From: the human T2T-CHM13v2.0 reference genome, Homo sapiens
Direction: 5' to 3' (one strand)
DNA length: 64,000 nt
NCBI RefSeq assembly: GCF_009914755.1
Contig: NC_060934.1
Under the pieces are notes generated by a model that worked only from the letters and a program-made list of their open reading frames with translations, was not told the DNA's origin and made no database searches. Shown here in pieces: positions 18,820-36,439 of this stretch. The translations under genes and the position numbers were made by a program. Numbering within the stretch: position 1 is the stretch's first letter; the number at the start of each line of letters is the position of its first letter.

Positions 18820-19118
18820 GGCCAGGTGCAGTGGCTCACGCCTGTAATCATAGCACTTTGGGAGGCCAAGGTGAGCAGATCAGTTGAGCCCAGGAGTTTG
18901 AGACCAGCTTGGCCAACATGGCAAAACCCCATCTCTACAAAAAGAATACACAAATTAGCTGGGTGTGGTGGCGTGTGCCTGTAATCCCAGCTACTTAGGA
19001 GGCTGAAGCAGGACAATTGCTTGAGCCTGGGAGGGGGAGCCGAGATCGTGCCAATGCACTCTGGCCTGGATGACAAAGTGAGACGATGTCTCCAAAAAAA
19101 AAAAAAAAAAAAAAAATG
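18820..19118 (+). mobile_element. AluJ-type SINE inserted in a minus-strand L1MB-like 3' end (~18790-19235)
   Basis: Dimer with small right-arm deletion and long A tail. TSD AACACATAACAT at 18808-18819 and 19119-19130. Confidence 0.9.
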
Positions 19119-20117
19119 AACACATAACATGAGATCTACCATCTTAACAAAATGCTAAGGGTACAATACATTATGGTTGACTCTACTGTAATATTGTACA
19201 GCAGATCCCTAGAACCTATTCATCTTGCTTGACATGTTATATTTTCTAATAGTTCTATTAAAAGCCTACAAATTATATATTTTAAATGATATGAAGAACA
19301 GAGATATATTGGATCCTAAATCCCTTCACAAGATAAACAATTAATGTTTGTTTAGATTAACTAATACGCCTGAATGTCATGACTGAAAACACTTTTTTAA
19401 ATGTTTCCTTTTCAGATTTCACATTAACTCATATACCCAAATTTCTAAATGGTCATAGTGGTATGCTGCCACTATTAATGTCACTTAAAAGCTAGAGTGC
19501 ACACCAGGTTTTCTATAGTATACACAAGAATTTCATTGAATGAATATTTCTTTTTTATTCAGCAGTGGAAGATTTTAGACACATGAACACATTCGGAGAG
19601 AGAATTCAGATAACAGTTTTACACATAACCTGTACATTTTAAAAAATCGCTGGACCTGTAATTTCCTGTGATATTAGAATAAAATTATTACAAGAATCTG
19701 TAAAACTTTATAGGAAACAGGTCCAATATAAAAGTTATTGGAAACCTCGTTGCTTAAACTGAAGTTGGGAATTAGCAATAACCCCTTCAGAGACTGAGAA
19801 AAGAACAGACTTGTCAGAACTTGGAGATCATGCAAGCAATGAAATTGCTTAATGGAAGTGCTTAAATTGCTGCTTTAGAAGCTAATTAAAATCTCACCTC
19901 CTCATGAAACCAGATCATTAGTATATGTATTTTTTCCTATATTTTTTCCTATAAATATTTGACTAGAATAAACCTAGATTTCTTTGAAACTCTTCCAGTG
20001 ATTTTACAAACCATTTGCCTAATTATTTTAATAATGTTTAAAAGTTACATTAGAATTAAAAACAAGAGTAAGAAAGTGCTGATTAAGATTGTACAGATAG
20101 AAACTGCCACTTACTAG

Positions 20118-20312
<195 letters not shown>

Positions 20313-21384
20313 TAAGTGACCATGTATTTTGAATATCTCTCTTGGGAAATATTTATTAAGCATCTCCCAAATTTCTGCCCCCACCACCTTATCCTAGGCC
20401 AATGCTATTGTAAAGACAAATGTTAAGTTGAAAAGGAGGCTGTTTTCTTTCATACAAAATGGAAAAATTATCAATTAAAAAAGCAATGAATGCTCTTGTG
20501 AATTTCATAGAAACCGGAGAAGAACATGAATAAGTGAACAAAATAATTTAATATTATCACTCTTTGAAAAGCCCTGTTAGTATATTGTTTTTAAAATGAT
20601 CTATGGATGTCTTGCCTCCCCAAATGTCTTTTCTCCTTCCCTTTTCCATCTCTTCCACCACCTCCTCCTCCCATTTCCTCTTCTTCAGCCTCCCTTTTTT
20701 CCCCTCCCCTTTCCCCTTTCTGTCTTCCTACTTTTTCTCACTCCGATGTGTATTTGTCATACATGTATGAACACAGGTAAATGTGCAGATTTTCAACATA
20801 GGTGAAAAGATTTTTCCACTTCTCAATAAATCATGCCATTAAATATTCATCATTATTTGCATTTCACTGTAATGACTTTCAACAATTTACTAATCTGTTC
20901 TCAACTTTCTCAACTAGTGGATTTCCCAGTTAATTTCACGTTATCTCAATATTATAAAGTTGCTTCAAAGAAGAAATAGAGTGCCTACTGTGTGAGAACG
21001 CTGCGGTAGGCACTAGAAATAAACGAGTGACTGAAACAGATGATCCTTGCTCTCATTAGGGAGACAGGCAGCAAGTCAATAAATAGAAAGCGCTGCAGAT
21101 GGTGTTAACTGCTACACAGCAGAAGGGAAACAAGGAAAGGGTTTGTTAGTGATGGAGCATTTCTTTCTGAATGGAACACAAAGGGAAAGGCCCTGAGCCA
21201 GGACCATGCAGGAAGACCAGCATGGCTGGGGTGGGATAAGAAGAGCAGACTACATAACAAATGTAATATTTTTCTTTATTGACTATTAAGGCTTTTGTCC
21301 ATTTTGAACTTTTTTCACTTTTGTGAAATGCATGAATATTTTCTAGTGTTGTAAGCATGTTTGTATTTTACATACCAACTTTTT

Positions 21385-24235
<2,851 letters not shown>

Positions 24236-24839
24236 TGACTGCATGCATCTAGTCTAAAAGTGTCAAAGAGAATTGACAGTCATAATGACAGCTGTCATTC
24301 CTTCAGTAATATCAATCCAATTCCCTGGAGATATCCTATTATGTCCTAAGATCATTCCTCTATACTTTTCTCACTTTTATTAGGGATTGGTTATAGGTGC
24401 TAGTCCATATTTATAAAAGAATATATAGTCGTTTCTTGATTCAAAAATTTTGGCTTCCTCTATTGACATCCTATTAAGAGGAATAAAACCTCTATTTCTC
24501 TCCCCAAATTCCTATTTCTCTCCCTCCCATCGTTCCGACTGTGTATATTTATACACAGTTCTGTTTAAGTTATTAGCTTAGCAGTATTCTGATTCTTTAA
24601 ATTTCTGAGCTAGATATTGCATGATGATTGTTTCCTTTGTTTATATTTTTATGTGAAAATTAATAGTTTTCTTATCTTTTTTTCTGTAGATGTTTTATGA
24701 TCTTAATGTTCTTTTCCTCAATATCAGTTGCAAAATCAATTTGCATTCCCACACACCAAGTAGGGAAAATGATTGATATTTGGTAATGGTGCTGGGATAT
24801 TTGATTTTTCATATAAAATTGCATACATAAATTTAAAAA

Positions 24840-24950
24840 CTATACCATATAGTTTTGTGTAACTGTGTTCTATGATGTTGAGGTGAAGACAACTCACCTA
24901 ACAATGCATTTCTCAGAACTCATTCCCGTCATTAAGTGACACATGACTGT
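24840..24950 (+). mobile_element. Tigger3/MER7-like DNA transposon terminal fragment
   Basis: CCTAACAATGCATTTCTCAGAAC...TTAAGTGACACATGACTG terminus. Confidence 0.65.
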
Positions 24951-25216
24951 GTATAGTTATATAGTTGTTCAGCTTGTTTTTTATTAGGACTTGTTTATAG
25001 GGAGCAGAATCTAAGACATAGGTGGAATTATTAATTTTACCTTGGAAGAAGGATATTCCTTGCTGTAAACAAGCAGGGAGAAAGAATGTGTTGGTACTGA
25101 CTCAGATGAATTTATGAATTTAAAAAAATTAAGCAACATGACATGCAAAGTAATTTAATGGGTTTTTTCAAGTACCCATCTTTCAAGGCCGTGTCTTTTT
25201 TTTATTAGTTTTAATT

Positions 25217-25291
25217 ATTTTTCTTTTTTGGAGTCTCACTCTGCCACACAGGCTGGAGTGCAGTGGCTCAATCTCAGCTCACTGAAACCTC
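25217..25291 (-). mobile_element. Severely 5'-truncated Alu (about 75 bp including tail)
   Basis: Right-arm 3' end only. 11-bp TSD TAGTTTTAATT at 25206-25216 and 25292-25302. Confidence 0.8.
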
Positions 25292-25302
25292 TAGTTTTAA
25301 TT

Positions 25303-25590
25303 TTTGTGGGTACATGGTAGGTGTATATATTTATGGACTGCATAAGGTGTTTTGATACAGGCATGCAATGTATAATAATCACATCATGGAGAGCAGGGTA
25401 CCCATCCCCTAAGCATTTATCCTTTGAGTTACAAACAATCCAGTTACTCTCTTTATTTTAAAATGTACCATTATTATCGATGATAACAACCCTGTTGTGT
25501 TATTAAATAGGTCCTATTCATTCTTTCTATTTTTTATATCCATTAATCATCCCCACCTCCCTCCCAGCCTCCTGCTACCCTTCCCAGCAA
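25303..25590 (-). mobile_element. L1MA-type 3' end
   Basis: TTTGTGGGTACATGGTAGGTGTATATATTTATGG...TTTTGATACAGGCATGCAATG. Related copies lie at ~45030 and ~54345. Confidence 0.8.
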
Positions 25591-28529
25591 AGTATTCATC
25601 CTTCTCTGGCTTCTTTTTCATGTGTCATTTTCTTTACATTTTTCCTTGTTCATTTGCTCCTCACATATACATGGTAATAATTATTTTAAGTAGGGATTTT
25701 CTGACCTCATTTTGTTCTTTGTTATTTATTTTGGTATCTTCTCTTTTTCTGAGGTTCCGTAACTAGTATCTTTCCCCTGTTTTGTAGTCCACAGTTCTGT
25801 TGTGTGCCCAAGTCCTGCGAGATCCCATCCTTCCTCCTCTCATTCTGATGATTCCAGGGAAATGTTATTGCAGATGCTCTTATATTAAAGAATCTTTTCA
25901 AAATCTTTATGCCCTTACAGCCCTCTCCACAGTTAAAACTTCACAACCCCCAGACTCTGTAGCTGCTGCTTCAAAGAAAACTAATGGTGTCTCTGCTGCT
26001 CTGTGTGGGACCTCCTTCTGCAGATGGGCCTTATACTAAAGAGATTCACAATATCTTTAACATCCAGTTATTTTCTTCAGGCTGATTTCCCCCCTCCCTG
26101 CTTTTGGATCTCTCTTTTGTCATTGTTTTTGTTCTATTAAGATGGCTCCAGTTTTTTATTTAATATGTTTTAATTTTTAAAGTTTTTTATTCAAAATTTT
26201 TTTCTTTAATTTTTTTCCTTGGGCTGCTTCTGACTCACAAAAAAAGCAAAGGACACTTACAGAAAGTTTTTGTGGCTTATATCAATAAACTACATCTTAT
26301 GAATAATCTATAAGTCCATTAAGAAAAGGTGGACTAGAATTTCACATATAAGTGGTAAAGGTAGAAGTAGCAATGTGTCAAAAGCAATAATTTGTATTTC
26401 CGTATTTCCTCTCACCCTACCACTTTCAATAGACTGGAAATTTCCTAAGGAATCCCAGGAGCTGTGATTTCCCAATGTGTTGCATTATTTTCAAGTGTCT
26501 GGTGCATAATAGGCCTCAATAATTATTTGTTGAATGAATTAGTTGCTAATTAGCATCAATATATTTGTGTTTTATAATTATAGGCTACAGAACACAAAAT
26601 TAACTTTTAAATCGGAATGCTTAATGGTCAGATAATATTTAACATATGTGCTCTACATGACAATAAATCGTGGAGAAGGGAACAGCCTCTAACCTTATAT
26701 CTCCTCTCCTTTTCTTCTTTTCTCTCTAGGCTCATTCCTCAGCCAAGGAAGGCTTGAGATTATTTCTTTTCTTAAAAAACAGTTCTTATGCATCAGATAT
26801 CCTACTCTATAGCTCATAGTAAGATTCTAAGTTCAGTTTTCCAAATTTTGTTTTTTGTGTTTGAAGGAAAACTTTTCTAATTTTAAATTGGCTTTTCTCT
26901 CTCAGGCATCTTGCTATAGAAATTTAAAGCCAGGTTTTTAAGGATGTTGTTTTGGAAATAGTTCTCAAGATTAGTTTTAAAAATTGGAAGGCTTTCTGTC
27001 AATTCTTTCTTGTCTCTTTCTCTGATCCCGGCTGTCTTGGAGACAAAGATTGCTTCTGGCTCAGTAAAGTAAGGATTATTTATAAGCAAGTATAAGAGAA
27101 AAAAACCCACAATAATATATTTCAAAATATTCTCTCGCTTTATGCACTTAATGAAACAATAAAAAGTCTAAAGAAGCCACAGTATGGTAGGAATATGTAG
27201 GGAAATTTTCACTGTGTAGTTGAGTCTTAGGCAAGGTCTTAAAATGCATATTTTTTACCATGAAAATGACATGACTACCTGATATTCTACTTTTTTTTGC
27301 ATCCACAATTTAATGGACTATCCTTGGTACATCAGAAGTGAACTCTGTGATATAAATTTAAGATTGCATCTTTATTTTTTATATGTTTGTGGGAGAGTAA
27401 CACCATTCCATACAGCTAGTTTATTAATTTTTACATGAATTAGAAAAACGCATCTCTTCTTGTAGATGGAGGCATTTTCAGCACAGAGTTCGGTGAGTGG
27501 ATTCTCCCTTTCTCCTGCTCAGCAGGGCTCAACTGAGGTTACCTGGTGTGATTTTTCTAGGGTTGTAATCAAGGTATATGGAAATATTGCTCTCAACTAT
27601 AATGCAATGGAAAGATAAAGTAAAAATCATTCAATGACAATATCATCAGTTGCAATTTACATGTTTTTTTGAGATTGGGGTTGAATAAGATTTCCATTTC
27701 CTTTAAATTATGTAGGGAAGGAGAATATTTAGTAGAAAAGTATTTTTCCTAGTATTTTGAGAAAAGAATCATAATCTAGTATTAAATAAAATGAGTTTGT
27801 ACCCATTCATGCTCCAACAACTACTAAGGCAGTTGGCAAAATTGTGAGTTCTCTTCAGCTGAGAAATTTTTTAAAAAATTATTATTTGCTTATCATTGAA
27901 TCAAGATACTTGGATCACCTAGAATCTGAGCCTTATAGTTCACATTTAAATATACTTAGAATACTGTATATTTGCAGGTCTTGTGTAATGATTCCTCTCA
28001 GTTTGTGATTTTATATGATCTCAGAGTCCTGTACTCTGACCTACACAATTAGTTTAATTGGTCAAGTCTCTTAGCCCAGGCAGTGTTTCTATAGTATGTA
28101 AACTGGCTCATAGCCAAGCACCGTAAGTTTTATGATCATTTTTATCTCATAAGAAAAGCCTTTATTTGATCCAATTCATTTTTATTGCTGGAATCTAGAG
28201 AGCAAAGTTTTAAGTTCTTGGTCCTCAAATACATTTTATTTCACTAAATGCCAATCTATTGGTTAAATAATGTTTAATATTAACACTTTTTTTAGTATAA
28301 AATTATTCCCTTAAGCAAAATAAAGTTCCTCACACTTCATTCATGTGAAATGATGTCTGGTAGAATACCTATGTGTATTCTAGGTCATTGGTTTCTAACT
28401 CTGCTCATAGAACCCTTGGGGGAAATTCTCAAAATGGAGATTAAAGACCACTGAAAATTTATATATAAATTTGCTTATACATTTTTAAATGCAGGTTCTA
28501 AAACCTTGGATTAAAATCTCTGGGAATGA

Positions 28530-28688
28530 GGCCAGGTGCAGTCACTCAAACCTGTAATCCCATTGAGAGGGGAAAGGTGGTTGGATCACTTGAGCCCAGG
28601 AAATTGAGGTTGTAGTACACTACGATCATGCCATTGCACTCCAGCCTGGGTGACAGAATGACACTTTATCTCTAAAAAGAAAAAAAAA
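28530..28688 (+). mobile_element. Alu monomer (FRAM/FAM-like)
   Basis: Alu 5' start joined to a right-arm 3' end within about 160 bp, then an A tail. Confidence 0.7.
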
Positions 28689-28933
28689 TTCATGGAATGG
28701 AGTTGGGAATTTGTATTTTTACAAATTCTAGATGCTTCTAGAATCTCACTGTTAGGGGCTTTCAAGGCAAGAAGTGGGGAAGATATTGCTAAAAGAGGGT
28801 CGCTTTCTCACCTAATTCCAATTTTGATCAGAGAAGATTCATTTTTCTCTAAATGTAATAACTAATTTAAAAAAACAAAATAAGAAAGAAAAATTGCTCT
28901 AAGGTCCTTCCATTAAAAAAAATAAAATTTGTG

Positions 28934-29231
28934 GGCCAGGTGCAGTGCTTCAACCTGTAATCCCAGCACTTTGGGAGGCTGAGGCGGGTGGATCACTTGA
29001 TGTCAGGAGGTCAAGACCAGCTTGGTCAACTTGGTGAAACCCCATCTCTATTAAAAATGCAAAAAATTAGTCATACGTGGTGGTGCGTGCCTGTAATCCC
29101 AGTTACTCAGGAGGCTGAGTCAGAATAGCTACAACCTGGAAGGCGGAGTTTGCAGTAAGCCGAGATGGTGCCACTGCACTCCAGCCTGGATGACAGAGCA
29201 AGACCGTCTCAAAAAAAAAAAAAAAAAAAAA
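28934..29231 (+). mobile_element. AluS-type SINE
   Basis: Dimer with long A tail; flanking AAATTTGTG direct repeat. Confidence 0.92.
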
Positions 29232-29739
29232 TCAAATTTGTGTGTCCTAAAGGAACTATTATAATTGTAAAATAGTTTTGAGGGAAAACTCTACCCTGAG
29301 TCAGTCTAAAAAACATCATTTCAAGGCCCCCTTTGGCTTGCTTCATTTATTGTACAATACACAATGTTTTTTTCTGTCGTTTTTGCATACATGATCTCTT
29401 CTCGGTCTAATCAAAATTACCTTTGTCTTTCTGTTGGATCAAAACAAAAACACACATACCAATCTCATGATTACCTGGAAGTGATGGATATTTTAAAATG
29501 TTGTGGATTTGCTTAAAATGTTAGAACTTGCTTACAGGTGGTTGAGAAGCTATTTGTTTGAATATACACTATCTTGAAAAGTAGAAGTACCCAGATTTAA
29601 AAAAAAACACTGATCGTTATCTTTCAGTTGGAAATGAGTTATGGTCCCCACTGCTGCTCATGCACCTGCTTTCCTATCTGTATTATACATTTGTGCAGAT
29701 TTGACATCATGATAAACTAAAAGCCACATAAATAATGCA

Positions 29740-30066
<327 letters not shown>

Positions 30067-30704
30067 CTAACTCTGTGTATCCTTCTATATCTAGTGCTGG
30101 ATATGAATGTGGATAAAAGCTTCAGTGAAGAGAAAATATTATAATTTTTTTCTGTAACGATAATAATTTTCAAAGCTTTAGTCCCTTAGACAGTAAATAC
30201 CAGAATTATTGCCTTCTCTGGTAAGAAGATAAGCCAATATTTTATAGGCCAGTTTAGAAGCCATAACATTCTCCCAGCATAATTTCTAACAGATCAAGAC
30301 TTTTAACTAAAATAATGGTTAAATACCAGTCCTTAGAAACAGTTTTAGTGCAATAAAAAGCAAGTGGTGCAAACAGCTGAAATTTAAATCAACTGTAGTT
30401 ATATATACATATATTTTTTTGCCAAGACACCAAATGCAAGTATGTAGTTATTTTCTTTTAACTGTTTTGATACTTGTTGTCAAGCAGCATTCTGGCAGTA
30501 TTGCCATAGGACTGAATATAAAGCACAATTATCCCTCTAAACACACAAAACAATGTCCTTATTTTAGATTGTCCTTGAGTTAAGGATCTATTATTTGCAT
30601 TTTCATATATATCAGTAATTTGTTGTGCGCAAGTAAATTAAATCACTTTAATTTTGATTTTATTCAAAGATATTTTATCTGGATAATTTTTAAAAATTAA
30701 CTAG

Positions 30705-31048
30705 AAAAGAACGAGATCATGTCTTTTGTGGGAACATGGATGGATTTGAAGGCCATCATATTTAGCGAACTATAATGCAGGAACAGAAAACCAAATACTG
30801 TATGCTCTCACTTATAAGTGGGAGCTAAATGATAAGAACTCTTGGACGCAAAGAAGGGAACAACAAACACTGTGACCTATTTGAGGGTGGAGGGTGGGAG
30901 GAGGAAGAGAACCAGAAAAAATAACTTGGGTACCAGCGTTATTACCTGGAGGATGAAATAATCTTTACAACAAATCCCCGTTACATGAATTTTACCTATG
31001 TGACAAACCTGCACATGTACCCCTGAACCTAAATGTTTACAAAAAAAC
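30705..31048 (+). mobile_element. Short L1PA15/16-like 3' end
   Basis: GAACAGAAAACCAAATAC...GAGGGTGGAGGGTGGGAGGAGG...CCTGCACATGTACCCCTGAACC. Confidence 0.8.
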
Positions 31049-32591
31049 GAAATGCAGTCGCTTGAGGTACATGGGATTTAAGAGAAATTTGTGCTGAAAA
31101 TATACGAACCATATCTAAAATGACACAGAGAGTGAGTGGTTAGGTAGCATACTTGCTGTACAAGGTAAAGTTTTAAGAAGGTAGTCATAAAAAGGTCTAT
31201 AAAATTATGTTACCAAAGATCACAGCATTTTTGACTAATAATAAAATAATAACTTTTATATCTCGTTTACAATTGCATTCAAAAATTAAAAATTCATTTT
31301 CATTATATAATCTTTAAATATGCTTTTCCTTTAACCACATTAAAAAGAAATAATTGTACTTACATTCTAACTCCTGTGAAGAATTGTTATAATTGCCCCC
31401 AAAATTTGTAGGAAAAACGTTTCCCAAACTAAGTGAAGGTAAATTAGACTTGATTCCCTGTAGTGAGGCAAGAACTTGAACAAATGAATATGCCATATGA
31501 AATATGAATCATTTTTATGACATCAGTATGCTCTTGTGACATAGTGATTTATGCAGATATATCAATTACTCAAATCAAACATTTTTATTGCCTAAAAGAT
31601 TCATAGATTGTATTGACTAGGCATACCATTTATCCTTAACATTAGTCATATGTTTCCTGAGCCCTACTCTGTGAGAACAGAAAACTGTAAGTAGATGTAT
31701 AAAACCCAGCAGAAAGTTTTACTTACTGAAAGAGTGGTCCACTCAGGTAACGACCTGTCAGGACTGTGTGCTTGGTTGTATGTCTGTCTTTAAAGATACC
31801 CAAGGCATTCTCTATCTTTGGATTTTGTTGGATAATATAAGTTAACTAAAATAATACAATGGGTAAAAACCATACACTGTTAAGAATTTCTTAGCTTTTT
31901 TATTGCTACAAAATTTCTTTTTTTCACTATGGAAAGAAAAATACAGTTTTATTTTAGAAAAGTGTTTAGATATAGATAAGAAAGACAATACATTAACCAT
32001 AATCCTACTATCATGATATGGACATTATGCATATAAGCATATATATTTTTAATAAATATGCATTTATATTGACCATACTGTTTTTGACTATGGTTTTAAT
32101 TTTGTTTGCAATCTGTAATCATCTATTTATTAATATTTTTATGAGTCAAGAGTATTCCATTAAGTGAATGTACCAAAATTTACTAATTCAAGTCATCACT
32201 GTTATTAGTTGCTTTTGGTGATAAACAATTTTAATCAATCTTCGTTGAACAATGTATAGCTTTGCCACATGTCACATCATGTACTGAAAGGAAAATGAAA
32301 CCATACACAGTAGAATTTTGTGTTAATTATTATTATTATAAATTATTACAAATTATTATTCGTAATTTAGACATTTGATAAGTCTCAATTACTCCTCAAA
32401 AATGTACCACTTTTGCAATCAGTTTATGAGATGTCTGTCTTTCTATGTGCTTGCCAACACTGAATATGTAAGTATTTTTTCATATTTTCTAATTTGACAA
32501 GTTAAAATAGTATCCAATTGTATATATATTTTTATGTCTTTGGTACTAATGAAGTTCACCATTTTTTATGCCTTGCCCAAGTATGTTTTGG

Positions 32592-32619
32592 GTGTGTGTG
32601 TGTGTGTGTGTGTGTGTGT
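32592..32619. repeat. (TG)n microsatellite
   Basis: Direct read. Confidence 0.95.
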
Positions 32620-32913
32620 CCTGTTTGTGCCCTTGGCTTGGTTTGAAGTGTGCAGTCAGAAGATAATAGATGTTTATTAAATATTTATTGTGATATTTGT
32701 ATGTAGACAGGTTTGAGAGAAAAAAGCTGGAAGTTAAAAAATTAATTGAAGTAATTGAACAGGTTTTATTGGCATAAACCAGACAGAAAGAATAGTTTTG
32801 CAAAGGAAGGATCTTTCATGTGTCTCCTAGACCTCAAGCTCCAGGAAGGTAGAAAGGAGGCTATTTTGTTCAACACTGTAGCCCTAGTACCTAGCAAAGC
32901 ACATTCCACCTGT

Positions 32914-33092
32914 GCTGTATTCTCAAGCACATCAGAATTGCCTGGAGATTTGTTAAAACACAGGAATCTTGGGCTCATTCCAGAGTTTCTGATTTAGTAG
33001 GTCTGGGGTAGACCCTAAGAATTTACATTTTAAACAAATTCCCAGGTGATGCTGATGCTACAGATGTGGGAACCTCACTTTGAGGACCACTT
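32914..33092. mobile_element. MER5A-like hAT MITE (a second MER5-like piece follows at ~33095-33230)
   Basis: CATCAGAATTGCCTGGAG...AGAGTTTCTGATTTAGTAGGTCTGGGG...CCCAGGTGATGCTGATGCT...CACTTTGAGGACCACT. Confidence 0.75.
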
Positions 33093-35124
33093 AGTCAAGA
33101 TCTGGTTCTTGAAATTGGCAGCACAGTGGAATTACTTGGAGGCAGTGTTGAAACATACTGATACCCAGGCCCTGTTTCATTCAATGAAATCAGAATCTTG
33201 ATGGTGGACATGGTTGTATTTTATAAAGCACTGCAAGGGTGGGCCGCCAACTCTTGGGAAACAGCCATCTATACTAGGCAGATAACTTTAAACACAGTTC
33301 CAGGGAATATTTCATGCTCCAAAATATAGTTTCTTCATAACTTTTTCACCTGTTACCTTTTTGGATATGTGCTCACCTGACTGTACTTTTGTTACACTTT
33401 TTCCTCAAATGTAATTATTTCCTCTGCCAGAATTACAGTCCTTTACATTCTAGTGTTTTTATTTATTAATATTATTTTTTTGGCTGACAGTTTCTTATTT
33501 GGCAAGTTGATAGTCTGACTTTCCTAGCTATGTGTTTTATAAGAGGAGCAAGCAGGCTTTGGCATGATTTTTCCAGTTTGGAAAAATATTGCTGTCTTCA
33601 TCATTTTGTGGGGAAAATTTCAGGAATGATAAATTATTCTTAAATAATTGTTATATATCAAAATATTTTCTGGAGGTTTTATCAACTTTTCCTCAGCACT
33701 TAAGTGTTAAAAGGAAATGGATTTAAGGCATATGCTTACTATAAAGAACTGCACTATCATTTCAAGATAAGTTGGGACTGGTTTATGAAGGACACATTTA
33801 AATATCTTATTGGCTATTCATGTATTGATTTATTGAATTGACATATATGAGTATTTGTTATATAAAATAGTCTGTTGGAAGTCCTTCATTATGCATTGTA
33901 CAAATGTGATTGAAGCAATTGTTAATTATGTTATACTTGTTCTCTTTGAAAAGACATTTGTGAGAAATTAGTTTGCAGTCTTTTATGAGCACATGATGTA
34001 ATTTTAGTGAAGAATCAGTTTGTTTTTGTGTTTTCATAAGGCTCTCATGATTATTACTAATTATGTTTTCTTCCTCAGATTGGCTCATAGAAAGCTTAGA
34101 ACCAAATTTTTCATATGTTGTTAGTAAGTCTGTGAAATTTCTATAATGCCTTTTGTGATCTACTTTTATCCTTGATTCCATTTAGTGCCTCAACTCTTTT
34201 CTCTTGGTATTATCTTTATTTATATATAAATATATATATATTTGTGTGAGTGTATCTTTTAGTTTATTATATTGTACTGTATTTCATGTGTTTTTGAGAA
34301 TAAGATGAGTTTTAAGTAAACAATAAAATTAAATTTTAAAAGTATAAGCATTATTAATGATCTCATTAGAAATATACAAGTTCTGTGAACTTTGTTTTAA
34401 TTGAAATAATTATTTACTTATAATTGTTTTCACTTTATGAACTAATTTTCTCATTCACTGTAAAATAATTTAAAACAGTTAATTCTATAATCATAAGATT
34501 AAAAGAGGGAGTATATATAGATTGGGTTTTCTTTAGGTAACTAAAAAAATATTTAGACATTTTATTAGTGGCACGACGGTAAGAGTAGTGCAGTTTGTGG
34601 AATAATAAAGTTTGGGGTAAGAGTATAGATCATCATGGCTATTTTTAAGACTTTTCTTTATATATATAGTTACACTTTTATAAGAATGTAGTGGCTGCAT
34701 ACCCTGCCTCATAAATGTATAAACTATATTTATAGCATTATTTGTATGCCCTATGAAATATTACTTTCGAAGGCATGTTAAAATGCAATTTTATAGCTAT
34801 TTTGCATACAAGATATGAGAAATATTTTATGCAAGTAACAGGGGATGCAAAGATCTTTAAATTTAGATTTAAAAAACTGTGTCATTTAAAACAAAGTAAG
34901 GACCCGAAAGAAGATACAAAGTATTCTATGGGAACTGAAGAGAGAGGCTTCATATCCAGAAAGGGAAAAAAAAGGCATTATGGGAAAGGTAATTTTTGAG
35001 TTGGCTGTAAAGCATTGCATAGAATTTCATCAAGCAAAGCGATGGCTACACCCAACATGGGGAAATAATAAATGATTATTTTATTATATAAAATCTTAGT
35101 GTCTAAGAGCAACGGCTTGGGAGT

Positions 35125-35543
35125 TGTCTTCATCCATTTTGTGTTGCTCTAAAGGAATACCTGAGACTGAATAATATATAAATGAAACAGGTTTATTTAG
35201 CTCATGGTCTGCAGACTGCACAAGAAGCATGGTGCCCGCATCTGCTCAGTTTCTGGTGAGGAATTTGTGCTACATCAAAACATAGCAGAAAAGGCCAAAG
35301 GGGAAATGGGCACATGGGAAGAAGGACCAAGCCTAAGAGGCTTCCTTGCTTCATAACGACCCACTAATCCCTTCCCCACAAGAATCAATCCAGTCTCCTG
35401 AGAGTGGGAACTCACTACTGCTAGAAAAGCACAAGCCATTCATAGATAATCAGCGCCCATGACCCAAATATCTCCTGCTTCACCTCCCAGCACTGCCACA
35501 CTGGAGATCAAATTTCAACATGATATTTGGTTGGAATGGGACA
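35125..35543 (-). mobile_element. MST-type MaLR LTR
   Basis: CCATTTTGTGTTGCTCTAAAGGAATACCTGAGACTG...GAAGCATGGTGCC...ATCAAATTTCAACATGA. Confidence 0.75.
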
Positions 35544-36439
35544 AAGGATGTGATTTACAAGAGAACTGATAGGAAAGACAAGAAGGATAGGAAAGGAAAC
35601 AAGGGGAAACAAAGGGAAAGAAAGGGAAGGGAAGCAAGGGGAAAAGGGAAAGGGAAATCTAAGGGGAACATGAGAGAGAGACTATAGGAAATTATTAATG
35701 TCAAATGGGTAACGTCACGACTGAACTGTAAGAGAAGAGAATGACTGTGGAACCTTGGAGAGTGCCTTTTTAAAAAGCATCAGCAGGACTAGAAAAGAGA
35801 CACAAGAATGTGTCTTGGCGGAGAGGTACTCAGCACCTTAAGATGCTCAGCAGCATGAGCGGGTGAGAAGTTAAGAGTGCAGAGTTTTGGCTCACAGGAA
35901 TAGAAAACCTCAAAGCACAACTTTAATCAGTTCACTCCATATTTAAGATGTTTTGCTGGGAGACATTTTGCTGGCCAGAAGTCAACGTTTATCTTCTTAG
36001 GGAGGAGATAACATCATCCAGACCCTCAAATCCTTTGCGTAGTTCCAGGCACAATGTATCAGAGAAAAAAAAATCAAAACTAGAATTCTATACCTGGTAA
36101 AAATATTCTTCAAAACTTAAGACAAAGACTTTTTCAAACAAATGAAACCAAGAAAATTTGTCATCAGCAGGCTTCTACAAAAGAGATGTCTACAACCGGA
36201 AGGAAAACAATCCTAGATAGAAATAAGGAATGCATTATTGAATGAAAAGCTGACAGATAAATGTACAAATTAATTTAAATGAATATAGGCTATATGAAAT
36301 AATATTGATGGACTTATAATATGTAAATCATATATTGATTAAGATACACAAAATTAATAGTATAAAAAGCAGTATAAGGGGGCGCTTCACATGATAAGTG
36401 CCTTGGGAATTCTGCTTCTCCATAAAAACTGGCAAAAGC

